Positions 27,413 to 37,476 of a DNA stretch of 64,000 bases are shown one piece after another. The stretch lies in IMG/VR virus record IMGVR_UViG_3300034157_000063; one strand, given 5' to 3'. The notes under the pieces are model-generated. The model searched no databases. It was not told where the DNA came from and worked only from the letters and a program-made list of their open reading frames with translations. This DNA is from a virus. Lineage: Duplodnaviria > Heunggongvirae > Uroviricota > Caudoviricetes. Each line of letters begins with the position of its first letter. Positions within the stretch are counted from its first letter, which is position 1. A program made the translations under genes and the position numbers.

Positions 27413-28426
27413 TCATTCTAGTCTTTTCTTCACACGACATATTGCATTGTAATCGTAGTTCGGATTTGGGCCACTGACAGTATCGCTTTCTTCTGGTAAG
27501 TATTGATATGAACCCGGTCTGTCTTCGTCATAATCGGCAGGTTTATAAACCCAGTTTACTCTTACATGATCTATTCCATAAGTCGTAGAATTGTATTCAT
27601 ATTGATCCGCTACTCTGTCGTAGGCAACATAGTTATTTGTGGTATCTAATGGTAAACATTCAGGTGTATAATCTGGTCCATGAGTATCCTCTTCTGGTGG
27701 CCTTTCCTCTTGATCAACACCGCCCGTTATTGGATAAATTGATAGATCATTAGCACAAATTTCAAAATATGACTCATCTCCATAAGTCTCGATCTTTTGA
27801 CCTTTACTTAATCCCGGTTTTGGCGTCTTGTTGTTAGCTGGGCTATAATAACTAATCACTCTTTCGTCAGCAACAAATATTAAATCGCCTTTTGAATAGA
27901 ACCTATCTGGCTGAGCTTCATCAATACGAATGACATAGTTCTTATCGTCATAAATACAATTATTACTTGGTTCTTCCGGTCCCGGTCCACTGAGTGGCGG
28001 TAATGACGGATAGCTTGAAAAATTATCACTACATATTTCGTACATCATCGCATCAGTATTACTACCATCATCTTTTCGAGCACCTTTACTTAGGCCACTC
28101 GGAACTGTGAATCCTCTTGATGGAATATTAAACCCAATAATTGTTTGATTATAGCCATACATTTCGTCACCTGCGTTATAGACACTATTGCCTCTTTTGA
28201 AAACAACGACTAGGTTATTTTCATCATAAAGACAATTAGTACTTGCGGGTGGTGGCGTTCCATTATCAGGATTTGTTACATTGCCTATCACAATGCTTCC
28301 GTTTGGGAGAGCACCACCTTGTGATATTTCTAATGGGATTGTGATTCTATAAGAAGCTAAAGTTGGCAGTATTCCCACCATAGCTATTAGCAGTGTTGTT
28401 ACTTTTAATGTTTTTGACACGATCAT
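27413..28426 (-). CDS. secreted protein, two tandem copies of the same module
   Basis: Signal peptide, IPLEISQGGALPNGSIVIG, then the module twice (NCLYDENNLVVV... and NCIYDDKNYVIR...). C-terminus GPNPNYDYNAICRVK. Confidence 0.6.
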   Translation of the reverse strand: MIVSKTLKVTTLLIAMVGILPTLASYRITIPLEISQGGALPNGSIVIGNVTNPDNGTPPPASTNCLYDENNLVVVFKRGNSVYNAGDEMYGYNQTIIGFNIPSRGFTVPSGLSKGARKDDGSNTDAMMYEICSDNFSSYPSLPPLSGPGPEEPSNNCIYDDKNYVIRIDEAQPDRFYSKGDLIFVADERVISYYSPANNKTPKPGLSKGQKIETYGDESYFEICANDLSIYPITGGVDQEERPPEEDTHGPDYTPECLPLDTTNNYVAYDRVADQYEYNSTTYGIDHVRVNWVYKPADYDEDRPGSYQYLPEESDTVSGPNPNYDYNAICRVKKRLE

Positions 28427-28520
28427 ACCTTATATTATAAATTATAGTTAAATATAGATTACTTTAATTCTTATAAAAGTCAAATATTTATATTGTTTTT
28501 ATAGGGAAAAATTAATGTCG

Positions 28521-29414
28521 TCAGATTGTCGCCATATCTGTTAATGTCATATACGATTTTACAATTTCCTTACTTGTAAATATAATGTTATCTTTATAAC
28601 TTTTACTGGTAAATAACTCTGCTGTCTTTATAATTGTTGAATATAAAACTGTATTAATTTCATCAAAATGATTGAATACATATTCCAAGAATATACGTTC
28701 TTCTTTTGCTGTTAAGTTGAAATTTTTGTGAAAACTAAAATGACCTGTCTCCAAATTAACTTTTGTTTTAATATTATTCACATTTATTTTACTAAACTTA
28801 CACTCACTGATCAGTTCACTAATTTTACTGATGTATTGAATCCTGTATGTTTCAATGTCTTCATTGTTTGTTTTGTTCATTGTTTCATAATAGGTTTCAT
28901 TTTTTTTAGATAGACAATATTCATTGTATTGAAAATGTGGAAATTTAAAATCATCGCCTAGTCTTCTACCTACACGTCTTAATGCGATAGTGGTATCACT
29001 CATTCCACCTCTTAATGTATGACTCCCAAACGTTTCATAATTAAGACTAACTGAAAAATCTTGATGACTATTTAGATTCGCTTTCTGTCTTTTTAAGACA
29101 TGTTTACTCAATACATCATCTTTAAATGTAAAACCATCCATTAAAAAAGTCACAACATTATCATCAACTAAAGCAATTCCTTCATTATCCATAGAGTTTC
29201 CAAGATAAAGATATACACCACCTTTATAGATATTTCCCGGTTGTGGAGGAAATCCAATGTGGATATCACTCACTTGCGGATATCTATTGATGATATAGGT
29301 GAATAAATCAATGTTTGTTTTGTTATTTAATATCATTACATCATCAATCACCTTTAACTCCAACGTATTGGAATGATTGTTTAAATCTATTAAAGCTTCT
29401 GCTGTTAATTGCAT
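28521..29414 (-). CDS. tail-family paralogue (ends ...SYMTLTDMATI)
   Basis: 297 aa. Confidence 0.6.
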   Translation of the reverse strand: MQLTAEALIDLNNHSNTLELKVIDDVMILNNKTNIDLFTYIINRYPQVSDIHIGFPPQPGNIYKGGVYLYLGNSMDNEGIALVDDNVVTFLMDGFTFKDDVLSKHVLKRQKANLNSHQDFSVSLNYETFGSHTLRGGMSDTTIALRRVGRRLGDDFKFPHFQYNEYCLSKKNETYYETMNKTNNEDIETYRIQYISKISELISECKFSKINVNNIKTKVNLETGHFSFHKNFNLTAKEERIFLEYVFNHFDEINTVLYSTIIKTAELFTSKSYKDNIIFTSKEIVKSYMTLTDMATI

Positions 29415-29585
29415 TTTGTTTTCCTAATTTATTTTAATATACGCCAAAAAATCAGCCATTAAAGTTATTCGTAATTTTATCACTTATCCTTAATTTTATC
29501 AACAAAAAAAGAAAACCAATAAGTGGTTACTTTTCGTTTGCTTTCTGTTATAATAGCTTCAATTAAACCAGTTGAGGATTTCAAT

Positions 29586-29885
29586 ATGCGATTTGTTATG
29601 GAGTATTCTATCGGGGACGAGTTCACTTGGCACGGCACTGACATCGTTCCATTTGAATATGAAAGCAAAGAAAAATTTCTTTATGATATGATGACCGCTT
29701 GCCTTGCGGCTGTTGAACAAAAAAAATATGTGTTCAATTTTATTGGTCGTGAATTTGAGCTGCTTTATTTCGGTTACTTCAAAAATAAAGAAAAACAAAA
29801 AGGCTTTGAATTTTTTGAACCTCGCGTTCAAACCCTTGAAGAATGGTTTGTTTCAAATCTGACAACCGAAAAAGAAGGCACCTGA
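29586..29885 (+). CDS. hypothetical protein (99 aa)
   Basis: TGtTATAAT at ~29548. The ATG at 29586 has a GAGGAT SD. The track ORF is longer upstream. Confidence 0.45.
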   Translation: MRFVMEYSIGDEFTWHGTDIVPFEYESKEKFLYDMMTACLAAVEQKKYVFNFIGREFELLYFGYFKNKEKQKGFEFFEPRVQTLEEWFVSNLTTEKEGT

Positions 29886-29898
29886 GTGCCTTTTTTCT
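29872..29898. terminator. bidirectional rho-independent terminator
   Basis: GAAGGCAC-CTGA-GTGCCTT followed by TTTT. The stop codon sits in the loop. Confidence 0.6.
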
Positions 29899-30770
29899 TA
29901 TACGGATAATTTTGTTTTTCTTTTTCCAACATCATCGTCATTCTTAACCCCAAATTCTTTCTTGATTTGACGGTTTTCAATGGCTTCTGCCGCCATTCTT
30001 ATTCCTGACCAAGCTAAGGCTCCAACGCCACCGATGACACCTAATCCAGTTACCATTAAAGAAGCGGCTGATAACCCACCAACTGCTGCCACTGCTCCAC
30101 CCATTGCAATGGTTAATCCTAAACCTGTTTTTAAACTCTCTTTTCTGGTGGAGTAGAACGACTGTGGTATTATCTTTTCAAGACTTGCTTCAAGTTGTCC
30201 TGATACATTTTCTTTAAATACTTTTTTATGCTTTGTATCTGGTAGATTTATTGCTTTCAACGCATCATCTAATGAAGTTCCATTATCATTAATAATAGCC
30301 TTTTTTAATTCATCAAGTTGGCTATATTGCAATCGTTTATGGTCAGATGTTTGTGATAAAATATTATTTATTTTTTTATCAAATTTACTTCCAGCTTTTT
30401 TGACAAAATCTTCATCAGTCAACATTGATTTTATACCAAAGCCATTCGAAAGTTTACTTTCATGATATTTTCTAACAAGATGATTTACACCCGCATAGGC
30501 TAAGGCGACACCACTAATAGGTACACTTGCTGTGACTATTGCAGCAGCAAGTGGAGCTGCAATCAAACCAGAAGATGCTACGGCTATTACACCAAATGCA
30601 CCCAGTGAAGCTGCAGACATTGTTAACATACCAGCAATAGCCTTAAATCTACTGCTTTCAACTTTTTCTTCTATGTTTTGTTTTTCATGCAATGATTCTC
30701 TGTATTCTTGGATGGTATCTAATATTTTTGATTGCATTTCATCAGCAGTTTTTTTACGAAATAAAGTCAT
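29898..30770 (-). CDS. membrane protein with two Gly/Ala-rich bilobed hydrophobic regions (internal repeat)
   Basis: 290 aa. Residues ~47-96 and ~226-269 are each G/A/S/V-rich two-helix hairpins (glycine-zipper-like). Confidence 0.55.
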   Translation of the reverse strand: MTLFRKKTADEMQSKILDTIQEYRESLHEKQNIEEKVESSRFKAIAGMLTMSAASLGAFGVIAVASSGLIAAPLAAAIVTASVPISGVALAYAGVNHLVRKYHESKLSNGFGIKSMLTDEDFVKKAGSKFDKKINNILSQTSDHKRLQYSQLDELKKAIINDNGTSLDDALKAINLPDTKHKKVFKENVSGQLEASLEKIIPQSFYSTRKESLKTGLGLTIAMGGAVAAVGGLSAASLMVTGLGVIGGVGALAWSGIRMAAEAIENRQIKKEFGVKNDDDVGKRKTKLSV

Positions 30771-30899
30771 AGACTTTCCTTGTTATTGTTTTAATTCATT
30801 TTATCATATTTTAAAAAAAAGATAAGTGGAGTATTAAAATATTTTGTTTTTCTAAAAATTGTGCTATAATAAGTTCTACTCAATCGACAGGAGCCACCC

Positions 30900-31430
30900 A
30901 TGAATTCTTCGCTAAGTAAGCTTTTTAAATCACAAAAAAGTGGTAATGTTCACTATTTAGAAACAGACTTAATCGAAGTACCTACCCGTAAGAAACTGGT
31001 TGATTCCCGTTTGATGTTTGAACAAGCTGTTGAAAATCACCATCTTGCTGACACCGCCGAAGCTTTCAAATACTACTCAATCAGTTATGCATTCGCCATT
31101 GACAACATCCTTTATCAGTTTGCAAGCATTCAGCGTCGTATTTCTGCACAAGGTGTTAACAAAGAGAATATCAAACAATTTGGTGAAGCATCAAAAGAAG
31201 CAAAATCAAGTGCATTCATTTACATTCTTCTTCAACAATTTAATACGGGATCAGAGTTGAATTGGAAACCTTTCGTGCGTGGCTACCGTGATGCTGAAAT
31301 GAGAATTCGTGGGATTTGCCAATATATTTATAACGAAAAACATGCTCGACAACTGACAGACTCTATGATTTATACCAGCTTCTGGGAATTAGCCGCAAGT
31401 GAACGTATTGAGCTGCCAGCCGATTTTTAA
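30900..31430 (+). CDS. hypothetical protein
   Basis: 176 aa. TGcTATAAT promoter, SD AGGAGC. Confidence 0.55.
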   Translation: MNSSLSKLFKSQKSGNVHYLETDLIEVPTRKKLVDSRLMFEQAVENHHLADTAEAFKYYSISYAFAIDNILYQFASIQRRISAQGVNKENIKQFGEASKEAKSSAFIYILLQQFNTGSELNWKPFVRGYRDAEMRIRGICQYIYNEKHARQLTDSMIYTSFWELAASERIELPADF

Positions 31431-31448
31431 CTAACTTAGAATACTTGT

Positions 31449-31475
31449 TAATGAGGCTTCGGCCTCATTTTTTGT
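31449..31475 (+). terminator. rho-independent terminator
   Basis: ATGAGGC-TTCG-GCCTCAT followed by TTTTTT. Confidence 0.7.
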
Positions 31476-31499
31476 GTATCATTTTTGAGATTTTCAAAT

Positions 31500-31527
31500 T
31501 TGACATTCTCCTTCTTTAATTTATACT
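31500..31527 (+). promoter_or_regulatory. sigma70 promoter
   Basis: TTGACA-16nt-TATACT. Confidence 0.5.
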
Positions 31528-31559
31528 AGAAAAGCATTAATTTAAAAGGAGAAATGTAT

Positions 31560-32474
31560 ATGTTTGGAAATGCTTTTATGATAATATTATTATTCGTATT
31601 TATTGGCTTATTGATTTACTCATGTGTTGTTTTAACCAAAAACAAACATGTTTCAGTAATTGTTACATTTGGTAAGTTTTCTACCATCAAAGAAGCTGGT
31701 TTGTCTTTCAAACTTCCTTGGCCGATTCAAGCTGTTGATAAAGTTGTTCCTTTGAACATTTTACAATTGAGCACTGTTCTTGAATTGAAAACTAATGATA
31801 ACTTATTTATTAAATACCCAATAAACGTTCAGTACCATGTGCTTGACGCTGAGAAAGCTGCTTATGAACTTGATGATCCAGAAACGCAAATCATCAGTTA
31901 TGTTAGCAACCTTGTTCGTTCAGAAGTGGGTAAGAAAACATTCTTGGAACTTTATAGCGTTCGTGATGAAATTCAAGATGTCATTGAAGAAGTATTGTCT
32001 AAAAAGATGGAAGAATTTGGTTTCAAAATTGTTGCTGTTCTAGTTGACGAACCAATTCCAACCAGTGATGTTCAAGACTCATACAACTCAGTAACTGCCT
32101 CTGAGCGTGAAAAAGAAGCGGCCAAGAACCGTGCAGAAGCCTCAAGAATTACTATTGTTGCAGAAGCTCAGGCACAAAAAGAATCTAAGAAACTACAAGG
32201 TGAAGGTATTGCGGATCAACGTCTTGCTATTAGCCGTGGTTTCAAAGAATCTATTGAAAGCCTTTCTGAATCATTGGGTGTATCGAATGAAATCGCTGTG
32301 GCTATGATGCTTCAATTGAATAAGTTTGACACATTGCGTGACGTTGCAAATGGTAAAGGTTCACTCATCATTAGTGATGCAGGCACTAACGCTGAACTTA
32401 AAGAGTTAACTACTTTAGTTGCTGGTCTACGTTCATCTGATCTGGGTAATCACCACCCACACCAAAAAGTTTAA
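31560..32474 (+). CDS. SPFH/band-7 (stomatin/prohibitin-like) membrane protein
   Basis: N-terminal TM helix followed by an SPFH-domain sequence. Coiled-coil 'EKEAAKNRAEA...' C-terminus. SD AAGGAG 8 nt upstream of the ATG at 31560. Confidence 0.8.
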   Translation: MFGNAFMIILLFVFIGLLIYSCVVLTKNKHVSVIVTFGKFSTIKEAGLSFKLPWPIQAVDKVVPLNILQLSTVLELKTNDNLFIKYPINVQYHVLDAEKAAYELDDPETQIISYVSNLVRSEVGKKTFLELYSVRDEIQDVIEEVLSKKMEEFGFKIVAVLVDEPIPTSDVQDSYNSVTASEREKEAAKNRAEASRITIVAEAQAQKESKKLQGEGIADQRLAISRGFKESIESLSESLGVSNEIAVAMMLQLNKFDTLRDVANGKGSLIISDAGTNAELKELTTLVAGLRSSDLGNHHPHQKV

Positions 32475-32492
32475 TTGATTAAGCTTAATTAA

Positions 32493-32518
32493 GAAAGAAC
32501 CTTCGGGTTCTTTTTTAT
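32493..32518 (+). terminator. rho-independent terminator
   Basis: GAACC-TTCG-GGTTC followed by TTTTTT. Confidence 0.7.
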
Positions 32519-32577
32519 TGCCTAAATTTCCTCTTTGTGTTATAATTTAATCATTATTTTTATAGAGAGATCATATT

Positions 32578-32997
32578 ATGAATCAAATTGTTATTTCAAA
32601 AACATTTACCCATCATGGTAAAAATAGCGAAGCTTCAGTGATTGTTATTGAATCTAATCATTCTGTTATTGAATTTGATAATTTATTTAGAAATGCTTTG
32701 TTTACTTTTATTACTCGTTGGCGAGATCTTTATGATCAAGTCCAGCAAGATTTGAGTGTTTGCCAGAAACTTGAAGAAGGCATGACAGGTTATGATGAAG
32801 CATTGAAAGCATTCACGCATTCATTTGATGAACAAATTAACTTTGAGACGAACCATTCAGTCTTTGTTCATGGGTCTTTTAAAATTGCACTGGATTCCTT
32901 TATTGTTGCTAGTGAAATTTGTGATTTCAGTGTCCTTTCTTTGGTAGATTGGATTTCTATTAAAACAGCAGAATCCAGTGTAGGTTTTAACTCGTGA
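32578..32997 (+). CDS. hypothetical protein
   Basis: 139 aa. TGtTATAAT promoter, SD AGAGAGA. Confidence 0.5.
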   Translation: MNQIVISKTFTHHGKNSEASVIVIESNHSVIEFDNLFRNALFTFITRWRDLYDQVQQDLSVCQKLEEGMTGYDEALKAFTHSFDEQINFETNHSVFVHGSFKIALDSFIVASEICDFSVLSLVDWISIKTAESSVGFNS

Positions 32998-33002
32998 GTA
33001 CA

Positions 33003-33728
33003 ATGAACGAAGGTCTTAAAGATTTCATTAATACGTTGAATGCATATTCATTCGATACGAATGAACTTTTATTTAATGGAGTTCATAAAACCTCATTAAC
33101 GTTAACTAAACATTCAGTAAAGTGGTCAGAACTTGATTATTTTACACCTATCAATGTTGAGAAAAATCTTTTTAAAGACTATTCAGATATTTATGTTTTT
33201 ACTACTAAGTTTTCATTGATGGAACGTGAAATTTATAAATCGCTTGGCTTTGACTTTGACAAAGTAGAATCTATTTGCAAATCATATGTTAGTTACATGC
33301 ATGATTTCAAAATGCACCAATATGATTATTTTTATATAAAAGCTGTCTTTCGTGAATCTTTTACCAGTAAGTATGACTCCTTTGCTGGGGTTGCCGCCGA
33401 TGGCAATTACTACTCTAAAGAATTCAGTGGTGGATTAAATCTAAAAGACGCTCGTATTTATATTCAGTTGTTTTTGCATTTTCAAGATGGTGTTATTCAT
33501 CCAAGGGCTAAAATCACATTCCCACTCTCAGAAGAGGGCTATTTCTCTGTTATTATTGGTAGTGATGAATTATATGAAGTCGCACAAAAAGTAGTCAAAG
33601 AAGGCGTTCTGAGTGAGTTTAAAGCTTTCTTGATTGATGCTTACCCAGAAGAATGTTTTGACGCTGTTGAATTTGATGAAGAAACGCTTAAACAATACTT
33701 AACCGTTCTTAGTATGGAAAAAATTTAA
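33003..33728 (+). CDS. tail-family paralogue (ends ...LTVLSMEKI)
   Basis: Track start 32994 is GTG. First ATG is at 33003. Confidence 0.6.
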   Translation: MNEGLKDFINTLNAYSFDTNELLFNGVHKTSLTLTKHSVKWSELDYFTPINVEKNLFKDYSDIYVFTTKFSLMEREIYKSLGFDFDKVESICKSYVSYMHDFKMHQYDYFYIKAVFRESFTSKYDSFAGVAADGNYYSKEFSGGLNLKDARIYIQLFLHFQDGVIHPRAKITFPLSEEGYFSVIIGSDELYEVAQKVVKEGVLSEFKAFLIDAYPEECFDAVEFDEETLKQYLTVLSMEKI

Positions 33729-33729
33729 A

Positions 33730-34431
33730 ATGAAAAACTTTAAACAGATTGTTCTCAATGAAATCAACGAATACAAAGAAGCTCACAAAGAAGGAATCTT
33801 TAAATATTACATTGAGGAAAATAATTACACTCAATACATGACTTTAAATAAAATTAAAGCTGATGTTTTTGAAGTGAATGTTACCGCATTGAATCTTAAT
33901 ATGCTTAAAGCGATTTATGGATTGTTTTCAATTGATTTTAAGATTGTTCGAGAAATTGTTGATCTGTATATGTCACACATGGATAATACTCAATTGACAA
34001 CGACTGTTAGTCATCAACCTACCTTTGATATTGAAAACTTTCATGCCGATAGCTTTAATTATGAAATGATGGTTCCGTTGAAAGACAGGAATGTGATTGC
34101 CAATAAAGAAACTTTTTATACAGTCAGAAAAGGGTACAACATTTACCCAAGTGTTCAAATAGCCATGCGATTCATTGTAAAAGGCGATGAGTTTGAACCT
34201 ATTATGGATATTTACTTACCTACGGCTCGTAGGGAACGTTTCTTAGTGAGTATTAAACCTGATTACAACATTCAATTAATTGATGACATCATTAAAAAAG
34301 CAATTCGTCAACGTGTGCTTTGTTTGTTGACTACAAAGAAGATTAAACTGTTCAGCCGACAAGATATTAAATCAGCCGAATTTGACGACATCGGACGATA
34401 CATGACACTGATTGCTATGGATACTATTTAA
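33730..34431 (+). CDS. tail-family paralogue (ends ...MTLIAMDTI)
   Basis: 233 aa. Starts 2 nt after the upstream stop. Confidence 0.6.
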   Translation: MKNFKQIVLNEINEYKEAHKEGIFKYYIEENNYTQYMTLNKIKADVFEVNVTALNLNMLKAIYGLFSIDFKIVREIVDLYMSHMDNTQLTTTVSHQPTFDIENFHADSFNYEMMVPLKDRNVIANKETFYTVRKGYNIYPSVQIAMRFIVKGDEFEPIMDIYLPTARRERFLVSIKPDYNIQLIDDIIKKAIRQRVLCLLTTKKIKLFSRQDIKSAEFDDIGRYMTLIAMDTI

Positions 34432-35204
34432 TGCAAAAAATTACTGCACTGGAAGCGGATGAAATCCGAAAGTTTCAACAGCATTTGTCATCCGTCATTC
34501 ACTTTGAGCATGATAATCAATTAGTCGATATATTTCCAAGGTATAATGGTTTTAAATCTACTGCTTTTATTTGTAATGCAAATCGTTCTAGTTTGAACAT
34601 ACGCTGTAATCGAGAAATCATGGAACATATTTGCAATTATTTCGAACTGTCATTTGTTCCCATCGTAGACATGATGACATCCGTTGCTCAATGTTTTGAT
34701 GAACATAAATTGATATCATATGGTTCCTATGAAAAAAGTTTGAAGACGTTTCCTAATATTGATGAGATGAGTATTCCTGTTGATATTACACCTTTAAATT
34801 TTTATGATGTAAAAAAACCTTTATACCGAGCTGCTGATGTCGCTATGCGTAGCAAAATATTTTTCAGTGTGTCTTTTGATTTTACTGAAACTCCAAAACT
34901 ATTAATTAACATTGATTTTTTAGTTAACTATGGCTATGTTGTAAGAGTGGAAATCTCTAAACCACTGGGCGATGACAAAGAGATTCGAGTTAGCACCATC
35001 ACATCATTAAGTTCAATCGGACGTAATAGAAAAAATTATAAAGTTGTCAATGAAGAACAATTATTGAGACACTTGAAAAGATATGCTTTCAGACGTATTC
35101 GTGCTGTCTTAATTAAATTATTGAAAATGGATAATGATGTGTTTTTACAAGATAAAAAGAATCTTCCACAATATATTTCCTTGGCAGAGATGTCTTTGAT
35201 ATGA
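34431..35204 (+). CDS. tail-family paralogue (ends ...ISLAEMSLI)
   Basis: 257 aa. TAATG overlap. Confidence 0.6.
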   Translation: MQKITALEADEIRKFQQHLSSVIHFEHDNQLVDIFPRYNGFKSTAFICNANRSSLNIRCNREIMEHICNYFELSFVPIVDMMTSVAQCFDEHKLISYGSYEKSLKTFPNIDEMSIPVDITPLNFYDVKKPLYRAADVAMRSKIFFSVSFDFTETPKLLINIDFLVNYGYVVRVEISKPLGDDKEIRVSTITSLSSIGRNRKNYKVVNEEQLLRHLKRYAFRRIRAVLIKLLKMDNDVFLQDKKNLPQYISLAEMSLI

Positions 35205-36034
35205 GTGCCCGTATAGAATTACAAGATTACACAGAAGCAATGTTAAGATTTCTTTTCAGAAAAAATCTTGAATTTATTTCAATTCATGAAGATAAAGAAG
35301 ACAGTGTTTTCAATGTTTATTTTAGTCACAATGACAGACCGTCTGATAAAACTTCAGTGCGGATTCGACATTATGATTTTATATTAAAGGCAAAAAATAA
35401 GGACGGCTTAATTTTTACGTTTTCTTTTGATAGTAAAGGACAAAATGCTATAAAAATTGAATTAGACACCATGCAAAATCAATACATTAATCATAATAAA
35501 GGACTATATGATATTTTAGATCATGCTATTCTTGAAAAAATTAATAGTTTTTACTTTAATCTTGCATTCAGTTATAGGCTATATAAAAGTGCAGCAGGAC
35601 TAACCAGACAGTTTTGTTTTTTAAATTTATTGAATACAGGTTTGTATGAGGTTCCACATAAAAATTATCAAATGGCAACGATGACACCCACTCCTGTATT
35701 TTTGTTGAATGGGCCATTAGGACATATTCCTTATTCTGGATCTTCACCGAATATTCAATTCAGTTTTCAATTATGTTATGAAGATGGTGATATTGACTTC
35801 AAATACGTTTTAAAGATACCTATTAGTTCAAATGAATGGATTCCAGCACACGTTGACAATAAAAATTCAATGTCATCATTATTACTATTAAAGTTTGAAA
35901 TTGAGCAGAAATTTGATCTTTTGTTATGTCATCTTATTGAAACTCATCTGGGTATTTATTTGCACAGTTTTAAAGTGTTGCCTGAGCCTGATAAACTTCG
36001 ATATTTTTCCCTTCTTGATATGCATATTATTTGA
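35201..36034 (+). CDS. tail-family paralogue (ends ...FSLLDMHII)
   Basis: 277 aa. ATGA overlap. Confidence 0.6.
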   Translation: MSARIELQDYTEAMLRFLFRKNLEFISIHEDKEDSVFNVYFSHNDRPSDKTSVRIRHYDFILKAKNKDGLIFTFSFDSKGQNAIKIELDTMQNQYINHNKGLYDILDHAILEKINSFYFNLAFSYRLYKSAAGLTRQFCFLNLLNTGLYEVPHKNYQMATMTPTPVFLLNGPLGHIPYSGSSPNIQFSFQLCYEDGDIDFKYVLKIPISSNEWIPAHVDNKNSMSSLLLLKFEIEQKFDLLLCHLIETHLGIYLHSFKVLPEPDKLRYFSLLDMHII

Positions 36035-36092
36035 TTGACCCGATTGTTTAATTACTATATACTCAGACATCTATTTTAAGAGGTATCTACCA

Positions 36093-36506
36093 ATGAGTTT
36101 CGATAATCGTATTTTTAATGTCAATGGCGAAGATGACCCACATCTTGAAATGGCGATTAAGTTAGCCTTTCATATTCAAAGTAATTACAATGAAAAAGGT
36201 GCATCAGCCAAAGGCTATGTCGTGATGCCGACCAAAGGGCTAGTCTTTCTATGGCATAATACACCCGAAGCGATTGCATTTCCAGAACCTATTTATGCTG
36301 CAGAAGCGTATACGTTTGCTAAGCAGTGGCTAGCCAGTCGTGATGCTAAACAGATTGAACTTAAAGAACCGTGGGAAGGTGATTGTAAACATGATGGCTC
36401 AAATGATCTTGGATGGCGTGTGTATGTTGAAGACTGGGGTCATGTAGGCAGCAATAGCTACACAATTTGTGCAGTTAAGCCCTGTTATGTATGGTACGGA
36501 AAATAA
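36093..36506 (+). CDS. hypothetical protein
   Basis: 137-aa ORF. GC is higher than neighbouring genes. Confidence 0.5.
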   Translation: MSFDNRIFNVNGEDDPHLEMAIKLAFHIQSNYNEKGASAKGYVVMPTKGLVFLWHNTPEAIAFPEPIYAAEAYTFAKQWLASRDAKQIELKEPWEGDCKHDGSNDLGWRVYVEDWGHVGSNSYTICAVKPCYVWYGK

Positions 36507-36547
36507 GCATTAAAAAAGGCACTTCGGTGCCTTCTTCATTAATTATG

Positions 36548-37009
36548 TTATTTTATATTATCTTCTTTCAATATTTGATAGTCTGTTAGAGCTTGATTAT
36601 ATAATTTAGATTGACTGTTTGTTAATAAAGCCATATATATACACCATGTTATTAGATTAAAAAATAATACAATCACTACAAAAAAAAACGCTCCAAAATC
36701 ATTTGTTCCAGCAGTTCCTATTAAATCAATTATCAATAACATTGAAAAAATAATTATTGTTACATAAACGATCTGTCCTACTAATAGTTCTCTTATATGG
36801 TTACTGTATTTCCAGTTTTGACTTTTGTTAAAACTTTTTTTAATAATTAATATAATTGGAATTAATGTATATATCAATGATATTATCCAAAATGTTGAAC
36901 TCTTGTGTAGATAAATCTGACACAAGAATATTATTGGAAGTCCAACAGTAACTAATATAGTTTGCCTTGTTAAATCTTTTAACATTGTAATATTATCTTT
37001 TTTATTCAT
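36548..37009 (-). CDS. small 4-TM membrane protein, paralogue 1 of 6
   Basis: 153 aa with four hydrophobic segments. Confidence 0.55.
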   Translation of the reverse strand: MNKKDNITMLKDLTRQTILVTVGLPIIFLCQIYLHKSSTFWIISLIYTLIPIILIIKKSFNKSQNWKYSNHIRELLVGQIVYVTIIIFSMLLIIDLIGTAGTNDFGAFFFVVIVLFFNLITWCIYMALLTNSQSKLYNQALTDYQILKEDNIK

Positions 37010-37010
37010 A

Positions 37011-37466
37011 TTAAATCTCTTGATTAATTAAATTGTAAATGTTATTTGAAGCTTTTATTACTTCGTGTAAATAATAAACCCATGATGCAATGATACATAT
37101 AACCATCACAGGCATTGTTACCAGTATCATTACTTGGTTTATTATTACTAAAAAGAAGAAAATCATTTCAGGTAAAGGTATTTTTATTATCAACGATATT
37201 AATGTAGATATAATCAATGGAAGTAATGCTGAAAGCAAAATAATTATTGAAATTAAAAATTTCTTTAAAATGTTTCTAACATGTATTTTTAATACATTGT
37301 CTTCATTTTTTTTGTAGTATTTAATATATATGTATATATTTGGGATGATAATATACAGCAATACCAACGATCCATAAAAAAAAACGGTTAATGGAATGGA
37401 CGTTATTAATATTATCAGTATCAAATATATTTTTTTTAATTGCTTGTAGTCTTTTAATTCATTCAT
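37011..37466 (-). CDS. small 4-TM membrane protein, paralogue 2 of 6
   Basis: 151 aa. Conserved '(L)KxIY...KYYK...SWxYY'. Confidence 0.55.
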   Translation of the reverse strand: MNELKDYKQLKKIYLILIILITSIPLTVFFYGSLVLLYIIIPNIYIYIKYYKKNEDNVLKIHVRNILKKFLISIIILLSALLPLIISTLISLIIKIPLPEMIFFFLVIINQVMILVTMPVMVICIIASWVYYLHEVIKASNNIYNLINQEI

Positions 37467-37476
37467 GATTTTATTT

